Assembly: GCA_035764935.1 (NCBI GenBank)
Contig: DASTYK010000153.1
Location: 9,997-73,996, forward strand
DNA: 64,000 nt
Source of the DNA: Longimicrobiales bacterium
GTDB taxonomy: Bacteria > Gemmatimonadota > Gemmatimonadetes > Longimicrobiales > RSA9
Reading direction: 5' to 3'
Part shown: in pieces, positions 36,645 to 45,138 of the stretch
Position numbering within the stretch: the stretch's first letter is position 1
Layout of the letters: each line of letters opens with the position of its first letter
Made by a program: the position numbers and the translations under genes
The notes under the pieces: generated by a model
What the model was told of the DNA's origin: nothing
The model's database searches: none
The model's input: the letters and a program-made list of their open reading frames with translations, nothing else

Positions 36645-37526
36645 ATGCAACGCAACTTCCTGGTCGGGATGCTGGTGGCCCTGGTGCTCCTCGTCGCAGG
36701 CGTGCTCGCCTGGTTGCGCCAGCGCCGCGCAGGGCGCGCCCTGTACCATGAGCGCCTGCTGGACGCGGTCGCCGACGGCGTGATCACGCAGGAGGAGCTC
36801 GCGGAGCTGGATGCACTGCGGAGAAAGCACGACCTGAGCAGCACCGAGGCGCGCGTGGCCGCGCTGGTCGCGTACCGGCGGGTGCTCGCGGATGCACTGG
36901 AGGATGCGGAGCTGACGCCGGACGAGGATCGAACGCTGGAGCGGCTGCAGGAGCAGCTCGGCCTCGACGAGCGGGAGCTGCGGGCCGACAGGACGCAGCT
37001 CTGCCGGGCGCGGCTGCTCACGCGCGTCGTCAATGGCGAGCTGCCGCACGCGGAGATTCCGGGCATCCAGCTCGTACCGGGCGAGCAGGGCCACTGGTTC
37101 GTGCGCGCCACCTTCGCGGAACGCACCGGGATCGAGCGTGGAGCGCGGGCGCTGCGTGCCCTCGAGTTCGACGTCGACGCGGACGTCGCGTTCTCGCCGC
37201 TCGGCGAGCGCGATGCGCTCGGCCCGCGCGCGGAGATCCTGCCCAGCGACGTCGGGGTGCTCGCGATCACCAGCCGCCGCGTGGTCTTCCAGGGCGCGCG
37301 CCGCACGATCAGTCTCCCGCACGCGCGCCTCGCGCTCGTTGCGCTGCACGCCGACGGTGTACGACTCGACGAGGCCCCCAGCAACCACGCCGATCCGCAG
37401 GCGGTGTGCACCGCCCGCTTTTTCCTGGTCGACGACCCGGAGCTGACCGCCGCGGTGGCACTGTACTCCGCGCGCCAGCGCCGCGTGGAGATCCGCCCCG
37501 CGACCCGCCCGCCACGCACGGCGTAG
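36645..37526 (+). CDS. Membrane-anchored hypothetical protein (TerB-like motif, unknown C-terminal domain)
   Basis: N-terminal TM FLVGMLVALVLLVAGVLAWL. Helical region with LLDAVADGVITQEELAELDAL and LTPDEDRTLERLQEQLGL. C-terminal beta-rich ~150 aa. TTGACC-18-TAGCGT ends 5 nt before the ATG, so the mRNA may be leaderless. Confidence 0.55.
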   Translation: MQRNFLVGMLVALVLLVAGVLAWLRQRRAGRALYHERLLDAVADGVITQEELAELDALRRKHDLSSTEARVAALVAYRRVLADALEDAELTPDEDRTLERLQEQLGLDERELRADRTQLCRARLLTRVVNGELPHAEIPGIQLVPGEQGHWFVRATFAERTGIERGARALRALEFDVDADVAFSPLGERDALGPRAEILPSDVGVLAITSRRVVFQGARRTISLPHARLALVALHADGVRLDEAPSNHADPQAVCTARFFLVDDPELTAAVALYSARQRRVEIRPATRPPRTA

Positions 37527-37574
37527 GGGGTTCCGGACGCAGTGGAAAGGCGCGTCTGCGCAGGGGTTCCGCGG

Positions 37575-37603
37575 TTGACGCGCACCCCCCGTTCCGGTAC
37601 ATT
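37575..37603 (+). promoter_or_regulatory. Candidate sigma-70-type promoter for tRNA-Ala
   Basis: TTGACG, 17 nt, TACATT, about 36 nt upstream of the tRNA 5' end. Confidence 0.45.
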
Positions 37604-37639
37604 TCCCAGCTGTACGGCGTCCGAAAGGTGCGCCATGAC

Positions 37640-37712
37640 GGGCCTGTAGCTCAGCTGGGAGAGCACCTGGTTTGCAACCAGGGGGTCAGCGGTTCGAGCC
37701 CGCTCAGGTCCA
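37640..37712 (+). tRNA. tRNA-Ala (anticodon UGC)
   Basis: GGGCCTG TA GCTC AGCTGGGA GAGC A CCTGG TTTGCAA CCAGG GGGTC AGCGG TTCGAGC CCGCT CAGGTCC A. The G3:U70 identity pair is present. CCA is not encoded. Confidence 0.95.
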
Positions 37713-37801
37713 TGACCAGGTGAGCCATGATCGACCGGGCGGCCCGATGGGACCGCCCGGTTTCTTTTTCGATGTCCCGGACACCGACGATTCGTGCATA
37801 G

Positions 37802-38581
37802 ATGACGGTCAGCAGCATACCGGTCGTGCGGGCTGTGCCTCGCGCGCTCGAGCATCTCGGCGGCGCGACCGTCATGGCGGGGCAGATCCTGCGGGTACTG
37901 CCGCGGCCGCGGCTGTACATGACGAGTGCGCTGCAGCAGGCCTACACACTGGGCATCCAGTCGCTGCCGCTCGTGCTGCTCATGGCGTTCCTCGGCGGTG
38001 CGGTCACTTCACAGCAGACGGGTGCGCAGTTCTCCGGGGGGCTGCCGCTCTGGGTGATCGGCAGTGTGCTCGCGGCGAGCATGCTGACGGAGCTCGGGCC
38101 GCTGCTGACCGGCATCGTGCTCACGGCGCGCGTTGGTGCATCGATCGCGGCCGAGCTGGCCACGATGAAGGTGACGGAGCAGGTCGACGCGCTGATCGCG
38201 ATGGGGCGAGATCCTGTCGCATTCCTCGTCGTGCCGCGCGTTGTTGCAGGCGCACTCGTCTTTCCGCCGCTCGTCATGGTGGCGGACGCGATGGGCATGT
38301 TCGCCGGCTGGGGCATCGGGCTGCTCGCGGTGGATGGCCTGACCACGGCGGACATCGTCTACGGCGCCCGCTTCTACTTCCGCCCCTGGGCGCTCTGGTT
38401 CAGCGTGATCAAGGGCGGTGTATTCGGCATCGCGATCACGTTCATCGCGTGCTACGTCGGGCTGACCGGGCGCGGCGGCGCGGAGGGCGTGGGGCGCACG
38501 ACGACGCTGGCCGTCGTGACGACGACGATCGTGCTCATGATCATCGACGTGCTGATGATTCCTGTGCTGAAGGCGTTCTGA
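37802..38581 (+). CDS. mlaE: MlaE-family ABC transporter permease
   Basis: 259 aa, multi-TM. N-terminal LYMTSALQQAYTLGIQSLPLVLLMAFLGGAVTSQQ and ELGPLLTGIVLTARVGASIAAELATMKVTEQVDAL match the MlaE core. Stop overlaps the next start (TGATG). Confidence 0.9.
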   Translation: MTVSSIPVVRAVPRALEHLGGATVMAGQILRVLPRPRLYMTSALQQAYTLGIQSLPLVLLMAFLGGAVTSQQTGAQFSGGLPLWVIGSVLAASMLTELGPLLTGIVLTARVGASIAAELATMKVTEQVDALIAMGRDPVAFLVVPRVVAGALVFPPLVMVADAMGMFAGWGIGLLAVDGLTTADIVYGARFYFRPWALWFSVIKGGVFGIAITFIACYVGLTGRGGAEGVGRTTTLAVVTTTIVLMIIDVLMIPVLKAF

Positions 38582-39330
38582 TGATCGAATTCCGCAACCT
38601 GCACAAGAGCTTCGGCGACCTGAAGGTGCTGGACGGCGTCGACCTGGTGGTGCAGGAAGGCGAGACGCTGGCGCTGCTCGGGCCGTCGGGAACGGGCAAG
38701 AGCGTGCTGATCAAGCACGCGATCGGGCTGCTGGAGCCGGACCAGGGCGATGTGCTGGTGGACGGCATCTCCATCGCGACGGCATCCCCGAAACAGCTTC
38801 GCAAGGTGCGGCGGGAGCTCGGCTACGTCTTCCAGAACGCGGCGCTGTTCGATTCGCTCACCGTCGCCGAGAACCTGCGCCTCGCACAGGAGGACGAGAC
38901 CAGGCTCCGCGATCCGGGGGACTGCCGGCGCGAAGCCGCCGAGCTGCTGCGGCGCGTGAACCTGGACGAGAGTGTGCTCGACAAGTACCCGGCCGAGCTG
39001 TCAGGCGGGATGCGCAAGCGGGTCGGTGTCGCGCGCGCGATTGCGAGCCGGCCGAAGTACCTGCTCTGGGACGAGCCCACCACGGGTCTCGACCCGGTGA
39101 ACGCGGACAACATCGACGATCTCATCATGGAGCTGAACAACACGCTCAACGTGACGAGCATCGTCGTGACGCACGACCTGGACACGGCGTTCGAGGTCGG
39201 CGATCGCATCGCGCTCCTGTACGAGGGGAAGATTCGCGCGAACGCGCCGCCGGACGAGATCCTGAAGAACACAGATCCGATCGTCGCCCGTTTCGTGCGA
39301 CGTTCACGACTCGAGGCGGAAGTCGCCTGA
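38581..39330 (+). CDS. mlaF: MlaF-like ABC transporter ATP-binding protein
   Basis: Walker A GPSGTGKS, signature LSGGMRKRV, Walker B YLLWDEPTTGLD. Track ORF 37672..39330 carries a spurious 5' extension over mlaE. Confidence 0.93.
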   Translation: MIEFRNLHKSFGDLKVLDGVDLVVQEGETLALLGPSGTGKSVLIKHAIGLLEPDQGDVLVDGISIATASPKQLRKVRRELGYVFQNAALFDSLTVAENLRLAQEDETRLRDPGDCRREAAELLRRVNLDESVLDKYPAELSGGMRKRVGVARAIASRPKYLLWDEPTTGLDPVNADNIDDLIMELNNTLNVTSIVVTHDLDTAFEVGDRIALLYEGKIRANAPPDEILKNTDPIVARFVRRSRLEAEVA

Positions 39331-39339
39331 CGGATATTC

Positions 39340-40206
39340 ATGGACAAGCGCAAGCGTAACATCATCGGACTGGGCGCACTCACGGCTGTCGCCCTCGTGC
39401 TCTTCGTCTGGGGCATGTACTTCCTGCTGGGCAATCCGATGTTCCGCGAAGGCATGGACCTGGTGGTCTGGCTGGACGACGGCGCCGGCCTGAAGCGGGG
39501 CGACCGCGTGCACATGCAGGGCGTCGAGATCGGCACCGTCCAGTCGATGGCGCTCAATCGCAATGGCGTCTTCGCGGGGCTGCGGCTGAACCAGGTGCTG
39601 GAGCTGCCCGAGGACACGCGCGCGACCGTCACCGGCGACGTCTTCGGCGCACACACCGTCGACCTGCTCCCGGGCAACGCCCCGGCGGCGCTGGAAAGCG
39701 GGGACACGATCCGGGGTGCGCCGGTGCCCGAGCTGCTCAGCATGGCGGGCACGCTGGGCGCACGGGCGGAGGGCGTGCTTTCGAGCATGGACGCGCTGCT
39801 GTCACCGCAGACGATCTCGGACCTGCAGGCAACCACCGAGGTGATGCCGGGCGCCGCACGCGAGCTGCAGGCGGCGTTCGTGGAGCTGCGTCGCGCCTCG
39901 GCAGCACTGTCGCGCAGCACGGCGAACCTCGAGGACGCGCAGGCAGGCGACCGCCTGGCCGCCGCGCTCGACGAAGTGCAGACGAGCGCGCGCGCGCTCA
40001 CCACCGCCGCGGAGCGCATGCAGACGTCGCTCGAGAGCTTCGGCAGCATTGCCGGCAAGATCGACAGTGGCACCGGCACGCTCGGCATGCTCGTCAACGA
40101 CAGCACGCTGTATTTCGAGATGAACAACACGCTGCGCGAGATCCGCGCGCTCGCGACGGACGTGCGTGAGCGGCCGACGCGCTACTTCAACGTGCGGGTG
40201 TTCTGA
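39340..40206 (+). CDS. mlaD: MlaD/MCE-family substrate-binding protein
   Basis: N-terminal TM (IIGLGALTAVALVLFVWGMYFLL), MCE core (LKRGDRVHMQGVEIGTVQSMAL), and a long helical C-terminus. Confidence 0.85.
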   Translation: MDKRKRNIIGLGALTAVALVLFVWGMYFLLGNPMFREGMDLVVWLDDGAGLKRGDRVHMQGVEIGTVQSMALNRNGVFAGLRLNQVLELPEDTRATVTGDVFGAHTVDLLPGNAPAALESGDTIRGAPVPELLSMAGTLGARAEGVLSSMDALLSPQTISDLQATTEVMPGAARELQAAFVELRRASAALSRSTANLEDAQAGDRLAAALDEVQTSARALTTAAERMQTSLESFGSIAGKIDSGTGTLGMLVNDSTLYFEMNNTLREIRALATDVRERPTRYFNVRVF

Positions 40207-40356
40207 AGGCGCCGTCGCGCTGCTTCAACGTGCGGGTGTTCTGAGGGCGCCGACGCGCTGCTGCGACCCGCCTGTATTCAGCCGCCGTCGCGCTGCTTCG
40301 ACCTGCGGGTGCTCCGCCCGCCGACGCGCGCGTTCCACACCCGCTTCTCCCGGGCG
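40172..40356. repeat. Five degenerate tandem repeats (period 35-38 bp) starting inside the mlaD 3' end
   Basis: Anchor CCG[A/T]CGCGC occurs at 40174, 40212, 40250, 40285 and 40321. Copy 1 (..CGCTACTTCAACGTGCGGGTGTTCTGAAG) and copy 2 (..CGCTGCTTCAACGTGCGGGTGTTCTGAGG) are nearly identical, stop codon included. Copies 3-5 decay progressively. Confidence 0.75.
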
Positions 40357-40426
40357 GCGGCGCTGCTGCCGCCCACTGTCCCGAAAAGCCGCTGGTAGCG
40401 CCCGCTTTTCCTCCCGATCGTGCGTG

Positions 40427-40442
40427 GGGCATGCCCTTTGCC
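40427..40442 (+). promoter_or_regulatory. Sigma-54 (-24/-12) promoter candidate
   Basis: GGGCATGCCCTTTGCC versus consensus TGGCACG-N4-TTGCW. GG (40428-29) and GC (40440-41) are separated by exactly 10 nt, with GGCA-G and TTGC matching. GGAGG at 40461-65 and ATG at 40473 follow. Confidence 0.6.
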
Positions 40443-40472
40443 CGCTTTCCCGCGCGGACAGGAGGAACGAGC

Positions 40473-40730
40473 ATGATCACCGGAACGGAAGTCACCGCGA
40501 TCCGACGCATCTCCGACGACAGGGCGAAGTGGCGCGTGCTCGTGGAAGCCTGGCCCGACGAGCCCGGGTACCGGGGACGCCTGGTGTTCGCACCGGACGG
40601 CGCGGACGCGCCGCTCGGCCCGCGTGAAGGTCCGCCCGCGTTGCGTGGTCGCACCCGGGAGGACGTGCTCACGCAGGCCTACGAGATGCCGGAGCAGCGA
40701 CTGCGCGTGATGCTGCACTCGCTGGGCTGA
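40473..40730 (+). CDS. Hypothetical small protein (85 aa)
   Basis: ATG 40473 is 7 nt after GGAGG. The track start 40431 lies inside the promoter motif. No domain recognised (MITGTEVTAIRRISDDRAKWRVLVEAWPDEPGYRGRLVFAP...). Confidence 0.5.
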   Translation: MITGTEVTAIRRISDDRAKWRVLVEAWPDEPGYRGRLVFAPDGADAPLGPREGPPALRGRTREDVLTQAYEMPEQRLRVMLHSLG

Positions 40731-40983
40731 GCGCGCGGCCCGGCGCCGCGGCGCAGGTCGTACCGGGGTGAGAACGGCGCCCCGACCCCGCTGTTGCATC
40801 CCGCTTTCCTCGAACGTTTTCCGGGTGTGTGGTGACGCCGGTTGTGGAGTTCCGGTCGTGTCGCCACGTTGCTGCAGGAGCAGGGCGACCGGTTCGGTTC
40901 TTGCGCTTCGATGGCACACGGCGGCGAGCCGCGCCGCCCGGAACGGAACCGTCCGCACCCAGCGGGCAGGGAGCGAGGCAGGT

Positions 40984-41304
40984 ATGACGACGGGTCTCCG
41001 ATTCATTCTCCTGGTGTTCGCAACGGTCGGCTTTGCCGGGACCGGTGCGTCGCTGGCGATCGCGCGGCAGCGCCAGCTCACCGACGGCGAGCGGGACCTC
41101 GGCATGGTGGGCGTTTCCGCCATGCTGTTCGTGTTCGGTGCGCTCTGCACGGCGGTCGGCGCGGGGCTCTCCGGGATTCTCGCGTTTGGCGGTGTGGTCC
41201 TGTGGGCCGCGTACGTGATTACGGCGGATCGGATCGGCATGTTCAAGGTTTCCGCGGCCGGTGTGGAGGAGCACACGCCGGCTGAGCCGCGGCAGACGAC
41301 CTGA
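40984..41304 (+). CDS. Small membrane protein (106 aa, 3 predicted TM helices)
   Basis: ATG 40984. TM segments FILLVFATVGFAGTGASLAIA, VGVSAMLFVFGALCTAVGAGL and ILAFGGVVLWAAYVI. Followed by a strong terminator. Confidence 0.55.
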   Translation: MTTGLRFILLVFATVGFAGTGASLAIARQRQLTDGERDLGMVGVSAMLFVFGALCTAVGAGLSGILAFGGVVLWAAYVITADRIGMFKVSAAGVEEHTPAEPRQTT

Positions 41305-41328
41305 GCCGCCAGGACCGGAGGCAGCATT

Positions 41329-41365
41329 GCGGCCGCGCCCCCCAACGGGCGCGGCCGCTCGTTTT
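41329..41365 (+). terminator. Rho-independent terminator
   Basis: Perfect 12-bp stem GCGGCCGCGCCC / GGGCGCGGCCGC with a 6-nt loop, followed by TCGTTTTCC. Confidence 0.8.
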
Positions 41366-41521
41366 CCCGGATTCGCGCATCCGGGTTCCCGCGTTCGCCA
41401 GCGGCCACGGCGCCGCGCGGGCGTGGCCACACGCCGCTCCCGCTCGGTTGCTCCCCCTCTGCCGCGCCCCTAGTTTGCGCCGGCCGCGCAATCGCGGCGG
41501 ATTCCCCTGCACCTGCTGGAC

Positions 41522-42859
41522 ATGGCGAACGGTTCCGAACTGATGGACAGGCTCGTGTCGCTCTGCAAGCGACGCGGTTTCATCTTCCAGTCTTCCGAGA
41601 TCTACGGCGGCACGGGCTCCGTGTGGGATTACGGCCCGCTCGGCGTCGAGCTGCAGCGCAACGTGAAGGAGGCGTGGTGGCGCTCGATGGTGCACGAGCG
41701 TGACGACATCGAGGGGCTCGATGCCGCGATCCTGATGCATCCGCGCGTCTGGGAGGCGAGCGGTCACGTGTCGGGATTCACGGACCCGCTCATCGACTGC
41801 CGCACCTGCAAGGCGCGCTTCCGTGCGGATCACCTCGAAACCGCGCAGTGCCCGCGCAAGCCGAGCAAACGCCCGGGCGAGCACAGCGAGTGCGACCTCA
41901 CCGAGCCGCGCCAGTTCAACCTCATGTTCAAGACGTTCATGGGGCCGGTCGAGGAGGACGCAGCGGTGATCTACCTGCGGCCGGAAACGGCGCAGGGCAG
42001 CTACGTCAACTTCCACAACGTCGTCACGTCGGCTCGCCAGCGCGTGCCGTTCGGCATTGCGCAGATCGGCAAGGCGTTCCGCAACGAGATCACGCCGGGC
42101 AACTTCATCTTCCGGACGCGCGAGTTCGAGCAGATGGAGATGCAGTTCTTCGTGGAGCCCGGCACCGACGACGAGTGGTACGAGTACTGGAAGGCGAAGC
42201 GGCTCGAGTGGGTGCAGTCGCTCGGCATCACGCCCTCGAAGCTGCGCTTCCACGAGCACGGCCCCGGCGAGCTGGCGCATTACGCCAAGACCGCGGTCGA
42301 CATCGAGTACGAGTTCCCGTTCGGCTGGTCGGAGTTCGAGGGGGTACACAACCGCACCGACTTCGACCTGCGACGCCACCAGGAGTACTCCGGCAAGAAG
42401 ATGGAGTACATCGACCCGGTGGACCGGAACAAGCGCTACATCCCGTACGTCGTCGAGACGGCGGTCGGCGTGGGGCGCGTGGTGCTGGCTGCGCTCGCTG
42501 ACGCGTATGCCGAGGAGGATCTCGAAGGCGAGACGCGCGTCGTGATGCGGCTGCACCCGAGGCTCGCACCGACCAAGGTGGCAGTCATGCCGCTCGTCAA
42601 GAAGGACGGCATGCCGGAATTCGCCGAGGAGCTGAACCGCTCGCTGCGCTCCGCCGCGATCCCCACGTTCTACGATGACGCCGGCTCGATCGGCCGGCGC
42701 TACCGGCGGCAGGACGAGGCGGGCACGCCGTGGTGCGTGACGATCGACGGTCAGACGATGGAGGATCGCACGGTCACCGTGCGGCATCGCGATACGCTGC
42801 AGCAGGAGCGCATCGCCGCGGATCACCTGGTGGGCTGGGTGCGCGAGCGGCTCGTCTGA
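41522..42859 (+). CDS. glyQS: Glycine--tRNA ligase (homodimeric class II type)
   Basis: 445 aa. LVSLCKRRGFIFQSSEIYGG, class II motif 2 region FRNEITPGNFIFRTREFEQMEMQFF, and the anticodon-binding C-terminus. Confidence 0.97.
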   Translation: MANGSELMDRLVSLCKRRGFIFQSSEIYGGTGSVWDYGPLGVELQRNVKEAWWRSMVHERDDIEGLDAAILMHPRVWEASGHVSGFTDPLIDCRTCKARFRADHLETAQCPRKPSKRPGEHSECDLTEPRQFNLMFKTFMGPVEEDAAVIYLRPETAQGSYVNFHNVVTSARQRVPFGIAQIGKAFRNEITPGNFIFRTREFEQMEMQFFVEPGTDDEWYEYWKAKRLEWVQSLGITPSKLRFHEHGPGELAHYAKTAVDIEYEFPFGWSEFEGVHNRTDFDLRRHQEYSGKKMEYIDPVDRNKRYIPYVVETAVGVGRVVLAALADAYAEEDLEGETRVVMRLHPRLAPTKVAVMPLVKKDGMPEFAEELNRSLRSAAIPTFYDDAGSIGRRYRRQDEAGTPWCVTIDGQTMEDRTVTVRHRDTLQQERIAADHLVGWVRERLV

Positions 42860-42963
42860 CACCGCCGCGCATCCTCGATGTTCCGGCGCGCTCATCGCGC
42901 CGGCGGCCGCGTGAGCGGACCGACTGAGCAGCAACGCCCGATCATCACAACACGGGAGCTGTC

Positions 42964-44427
42964 GTGACGGAACGCAGCGTGAGCTTCTTCACGAGCCGCT
43001 TCGGCATGTTCGTGGCCATGCTCGGCATGGCCGTGGGCACCGGCAACATCTGGCGCTTCCCGCGCGTCGCGGCCTCCAACGGCGGCGGCTCCTTCCTCGT
43101 CGCATGGGTCGTCTTCCTGCTGCTCTGGTCCGTGCCGCTCATCCTGGTCGAGTTCGCCATGGGCAAGAAGGCACGCTCCGGCCCCGTTGCAGCATTCGGC
43201 AAGCTGGTCGGCCGGCGCTACACGTGGATGGGTGCGTGGGTCGCGTGGACCGCGATGGCGATCATGTTCTACTACGCCGTCGTGACCGGCTGGACGATCC
43301 GTTACGTCTGGGGCGCACTGGTCGGTGAGCTGGGCACACAGGCGCCGGGCGCGGTCTGGGAGAGCTTCGCGTACTCGCCCTGGGTCGTCGTCTTCCAGGG
43401 CATCGCGCTCGGGCTCGCCGTGTTCGTCGTGGCGCGCGGCGTGCGCGGCATCGAGGCCGCCACCAGGGTGCTCATCCCCAGCCTCTTCGTGCTCGTCGTC
43501 GTTCTCGCGATCCGCGCGGTCACGCTGCCAGGCGCGGACGCGGGACTGAACTTCCTGTTCACGCCGACGCTGGAGGGCCTGTCCGATGCGAACATCTGGC
43601 TGCAGGCGCTCACGCAGAACGCCTGGGACACCGGCGCCGGCTGGGGACTGATCCTCACGTACGCGGTCTACCTGCGAAAGCAGGAGGACACGGCACTGAA
43701 CGCATTCATGCTCGGGTTCGGTAACAACACCGTGTCCCTGCTCGCCGGGATCATGGTGATCTGCACCGTGTTCTCGATCATGCCGGATGCGGCCAGCCAG
43801 ATCGTCGGCGCCAGCAACGAGGGGCTCACGTTCATCTGGGTGCCACAGCTCTTTGCGCAGATGCCGGCCGGCCGCTTCTTCATGGTGCTGTTCTTCGTCG
43901 CGCTGTTCTTCGCGGCATGGACGAGCCTCATCTCCATGGTCGAGCTCGCGACGCGCGTGCTGCAGGACGCCGGCATCGAGCGCGGGCGCGCACTGCTGAT
44001 GATCCTCGGCGTTGGTTTCGCGCTCGGCGTGCCATCCGCACTGAGCGAAGACGTATTCCTGAACCAGGACTTCGTCTGGGGCGTGGGGTTGATGGTGTCC
44101 GGACTCTTCTTCGCCGTGGCCGTGCTGAAGTACGGCGTGAAGCGCTTCCGTGAGACGCTGATCAACCACGAGTATTCCGACATCCGCATCGGCGCGTGGT
44201 TCGACGTCGTGATCCGCCTCGTGGTCGTGCAGGCGATCGTGCTCGTGGCGTGGTGGTTCTGGCAGGTGCGCGCCGAGAACATCTGGGGACCGTTCGGTGT
44301 CGCGAACATGGCACTGCAGTTCGCGCTCGCCATCGCGATCTTCCTGCTCTTCAACCGGCGGATCGCGAGTGCATCGGGGGTGTCGGAAGAAGAACCTTTG
44401 CTGGAAACGGCCGCAGGCGAGAGATGA
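42964..44427 (+). CDS. Sodium-dependent transporter, SNF (neurotransmitter:sodium symporter) family
   Basis: GTG start. Signature AVGTGNIWRFPRVAASNGGGSFLVAWVVFLLLWSVPLILVEFAMG. About 11-12 TM segments. Confidence 0.93.
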   Translation: MTERSVSFFTSRFGMFVAMLGMAVGTGNIWRFPRVAASNGGGSFLVAWVVFLLLWSVPLILVEFAMGKKARSGPVAAFGKLVGRRYTWMGAWVAWTAMAIMFYYAVVTGWTIRYVWGALVGELGTQAPGAVWESFAYSPWVVVFQGIALGLAVFVVARGVRGIEAATRVLIPSLFVLVVVLAIRAVTLPGADAGLNFLFTPTLEGLSDANIWLQALTQNAWDTGAGWGLILTYAVYLRKQEDTALNAFMLGFGNNTVSLLAGIMVICTVFSIMPDAASQIVGASNEGLTFIWVPQLFAQMPAGRFFMVLFFVALFFAAWTSLISMVELATRVLQDAGIERGRALLMILGVGFALGVPSALSEDVFLNQDFVWGVGLMVSGLFFAVAVLKYGVKRFRETLINHEYSDIRIGAWFDVVIRLVVVQAIVLVAWWFWQVRAENIWGPFGVANMALQFALAIAIFLLFNRRIASASGVSEEEPLLETAAGER

Positions 44428-44467
44428 CTGCCCGCGGCGAACGAACCGGGTGTCGCGTGCAACAGAC

Positions 44468-44501
44468 AGGGGGCGCACCGCCACCATGCGGAGCGCCCCC
44501 T
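44468..44501. terminator. Hairpin between convergent genes (weak terminator candidate)
   Basis: 9-bp stem AGGGGGCGC / GCGCCCCCT with a 16-nt loop. No clear U-tract. Confidence 0.4.
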
Positions 44502-44560
44502 CGTTCATGGCACGCGGGCGGAAGCGCAGCAGCGCAGCGCGTCCCGCGTGAGAATGTGGT

Positions 44561-44956
44561 CTACGCGCGCAGCTCCCGGCTGCGCAGCCCGTCCTCGGCC
44601 TCCTCGTAGCGGGCCGTCGCCCGCTCCATCAGTCCCACGCGCACGCCCTCGGGGTCACGGATGATCGCGATGCGTGCGTCGGCCATCTCGGTCGGCGGCA
44701 GCAGTGTCGAGGCACCGAGCCGCTCCGCTTTCTCGATGTAGCTCCGCAGGTCGTCCACCTGGACATAGAACAGCGCACCGCTCGGCCATGAGCCGTCGGT
44801 TTCCGCGATGCCGCCATTGATGCCATCGCCGGTGTCGACGCGCCGGTACGCGAGCGGCGATTCGTCGACGTGCCAGTCGAACATCTGACGGTAGAAGGTT
44901 TCGAGCCGGCGGGGATCGCGGGCGGTGATCTCCCAGTGGACGACGGGCTTACCCAT
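44561..44956 (-). CDS. VOC (glyoxalase/bleomycin-resistance fold) family protein
   Basis: ATG 44956 (MGKPVVHWEITARDPRRLETFYRQMFDW...). 131 aa with an IAIIRDPEGVRVGL-type C-terminal strand. The track start 45136 adds 60 unlikely residues. Confidence 0.8.
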   Translation of the reverse strand: MGKPVVHWEITARDPRRLETFYRQMFDWHVDESPLAYRRVDTGDGINGGIAETDGSWPSGALFYVQVDDLRSYIEKAERLGASTLLPPTEMADARIAIIRDPEGVRVGLMERATARYEEAEDGLRSRELRA

Positions 44957-45138
44957 GATGCACACTCCTGCTGCAGTGGGCGCAGCGGACCGTCCGCACG
45001 CTTGCGGTGCGGTCCGAGTGGACTCGGATACGGCGGGTGCGGGGTCGTGTGGCAATGACCCGCGGGGTACCCGTAACTTCACCCCGGTTCGCACTCGCTG
45101 CAAGGGACGCAAGCCTACCCTGTGTCGGGATTTCACTG

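Noticed and set aside
36476-37855. 459-aa minus-strand ORF
   Set aside because: It runs antisense through gene 36645..37526 and straight across the tRNA-Ala gene. Ser/Arg/Ala-rich composition. Not credible.
37672-39330. 552-aa ORF fusing an N-terminal extension to the ABC ATPase
   Set aside because: The upstream part overlaps mlaE out of frame. The ATPase begins at ATG 38581 (MIEFRNLHKSFG), overlapping the mlaE stop.
40172-40356. Could the 35-38 bp periodic array be a CRISPR array?
   Set aside because: The units are directly abutting with no unique spacers. They decay in identity from copy 1 to copy 5, and copy 1 is the coding 3' end of mlaD. No cas genes are in the window.
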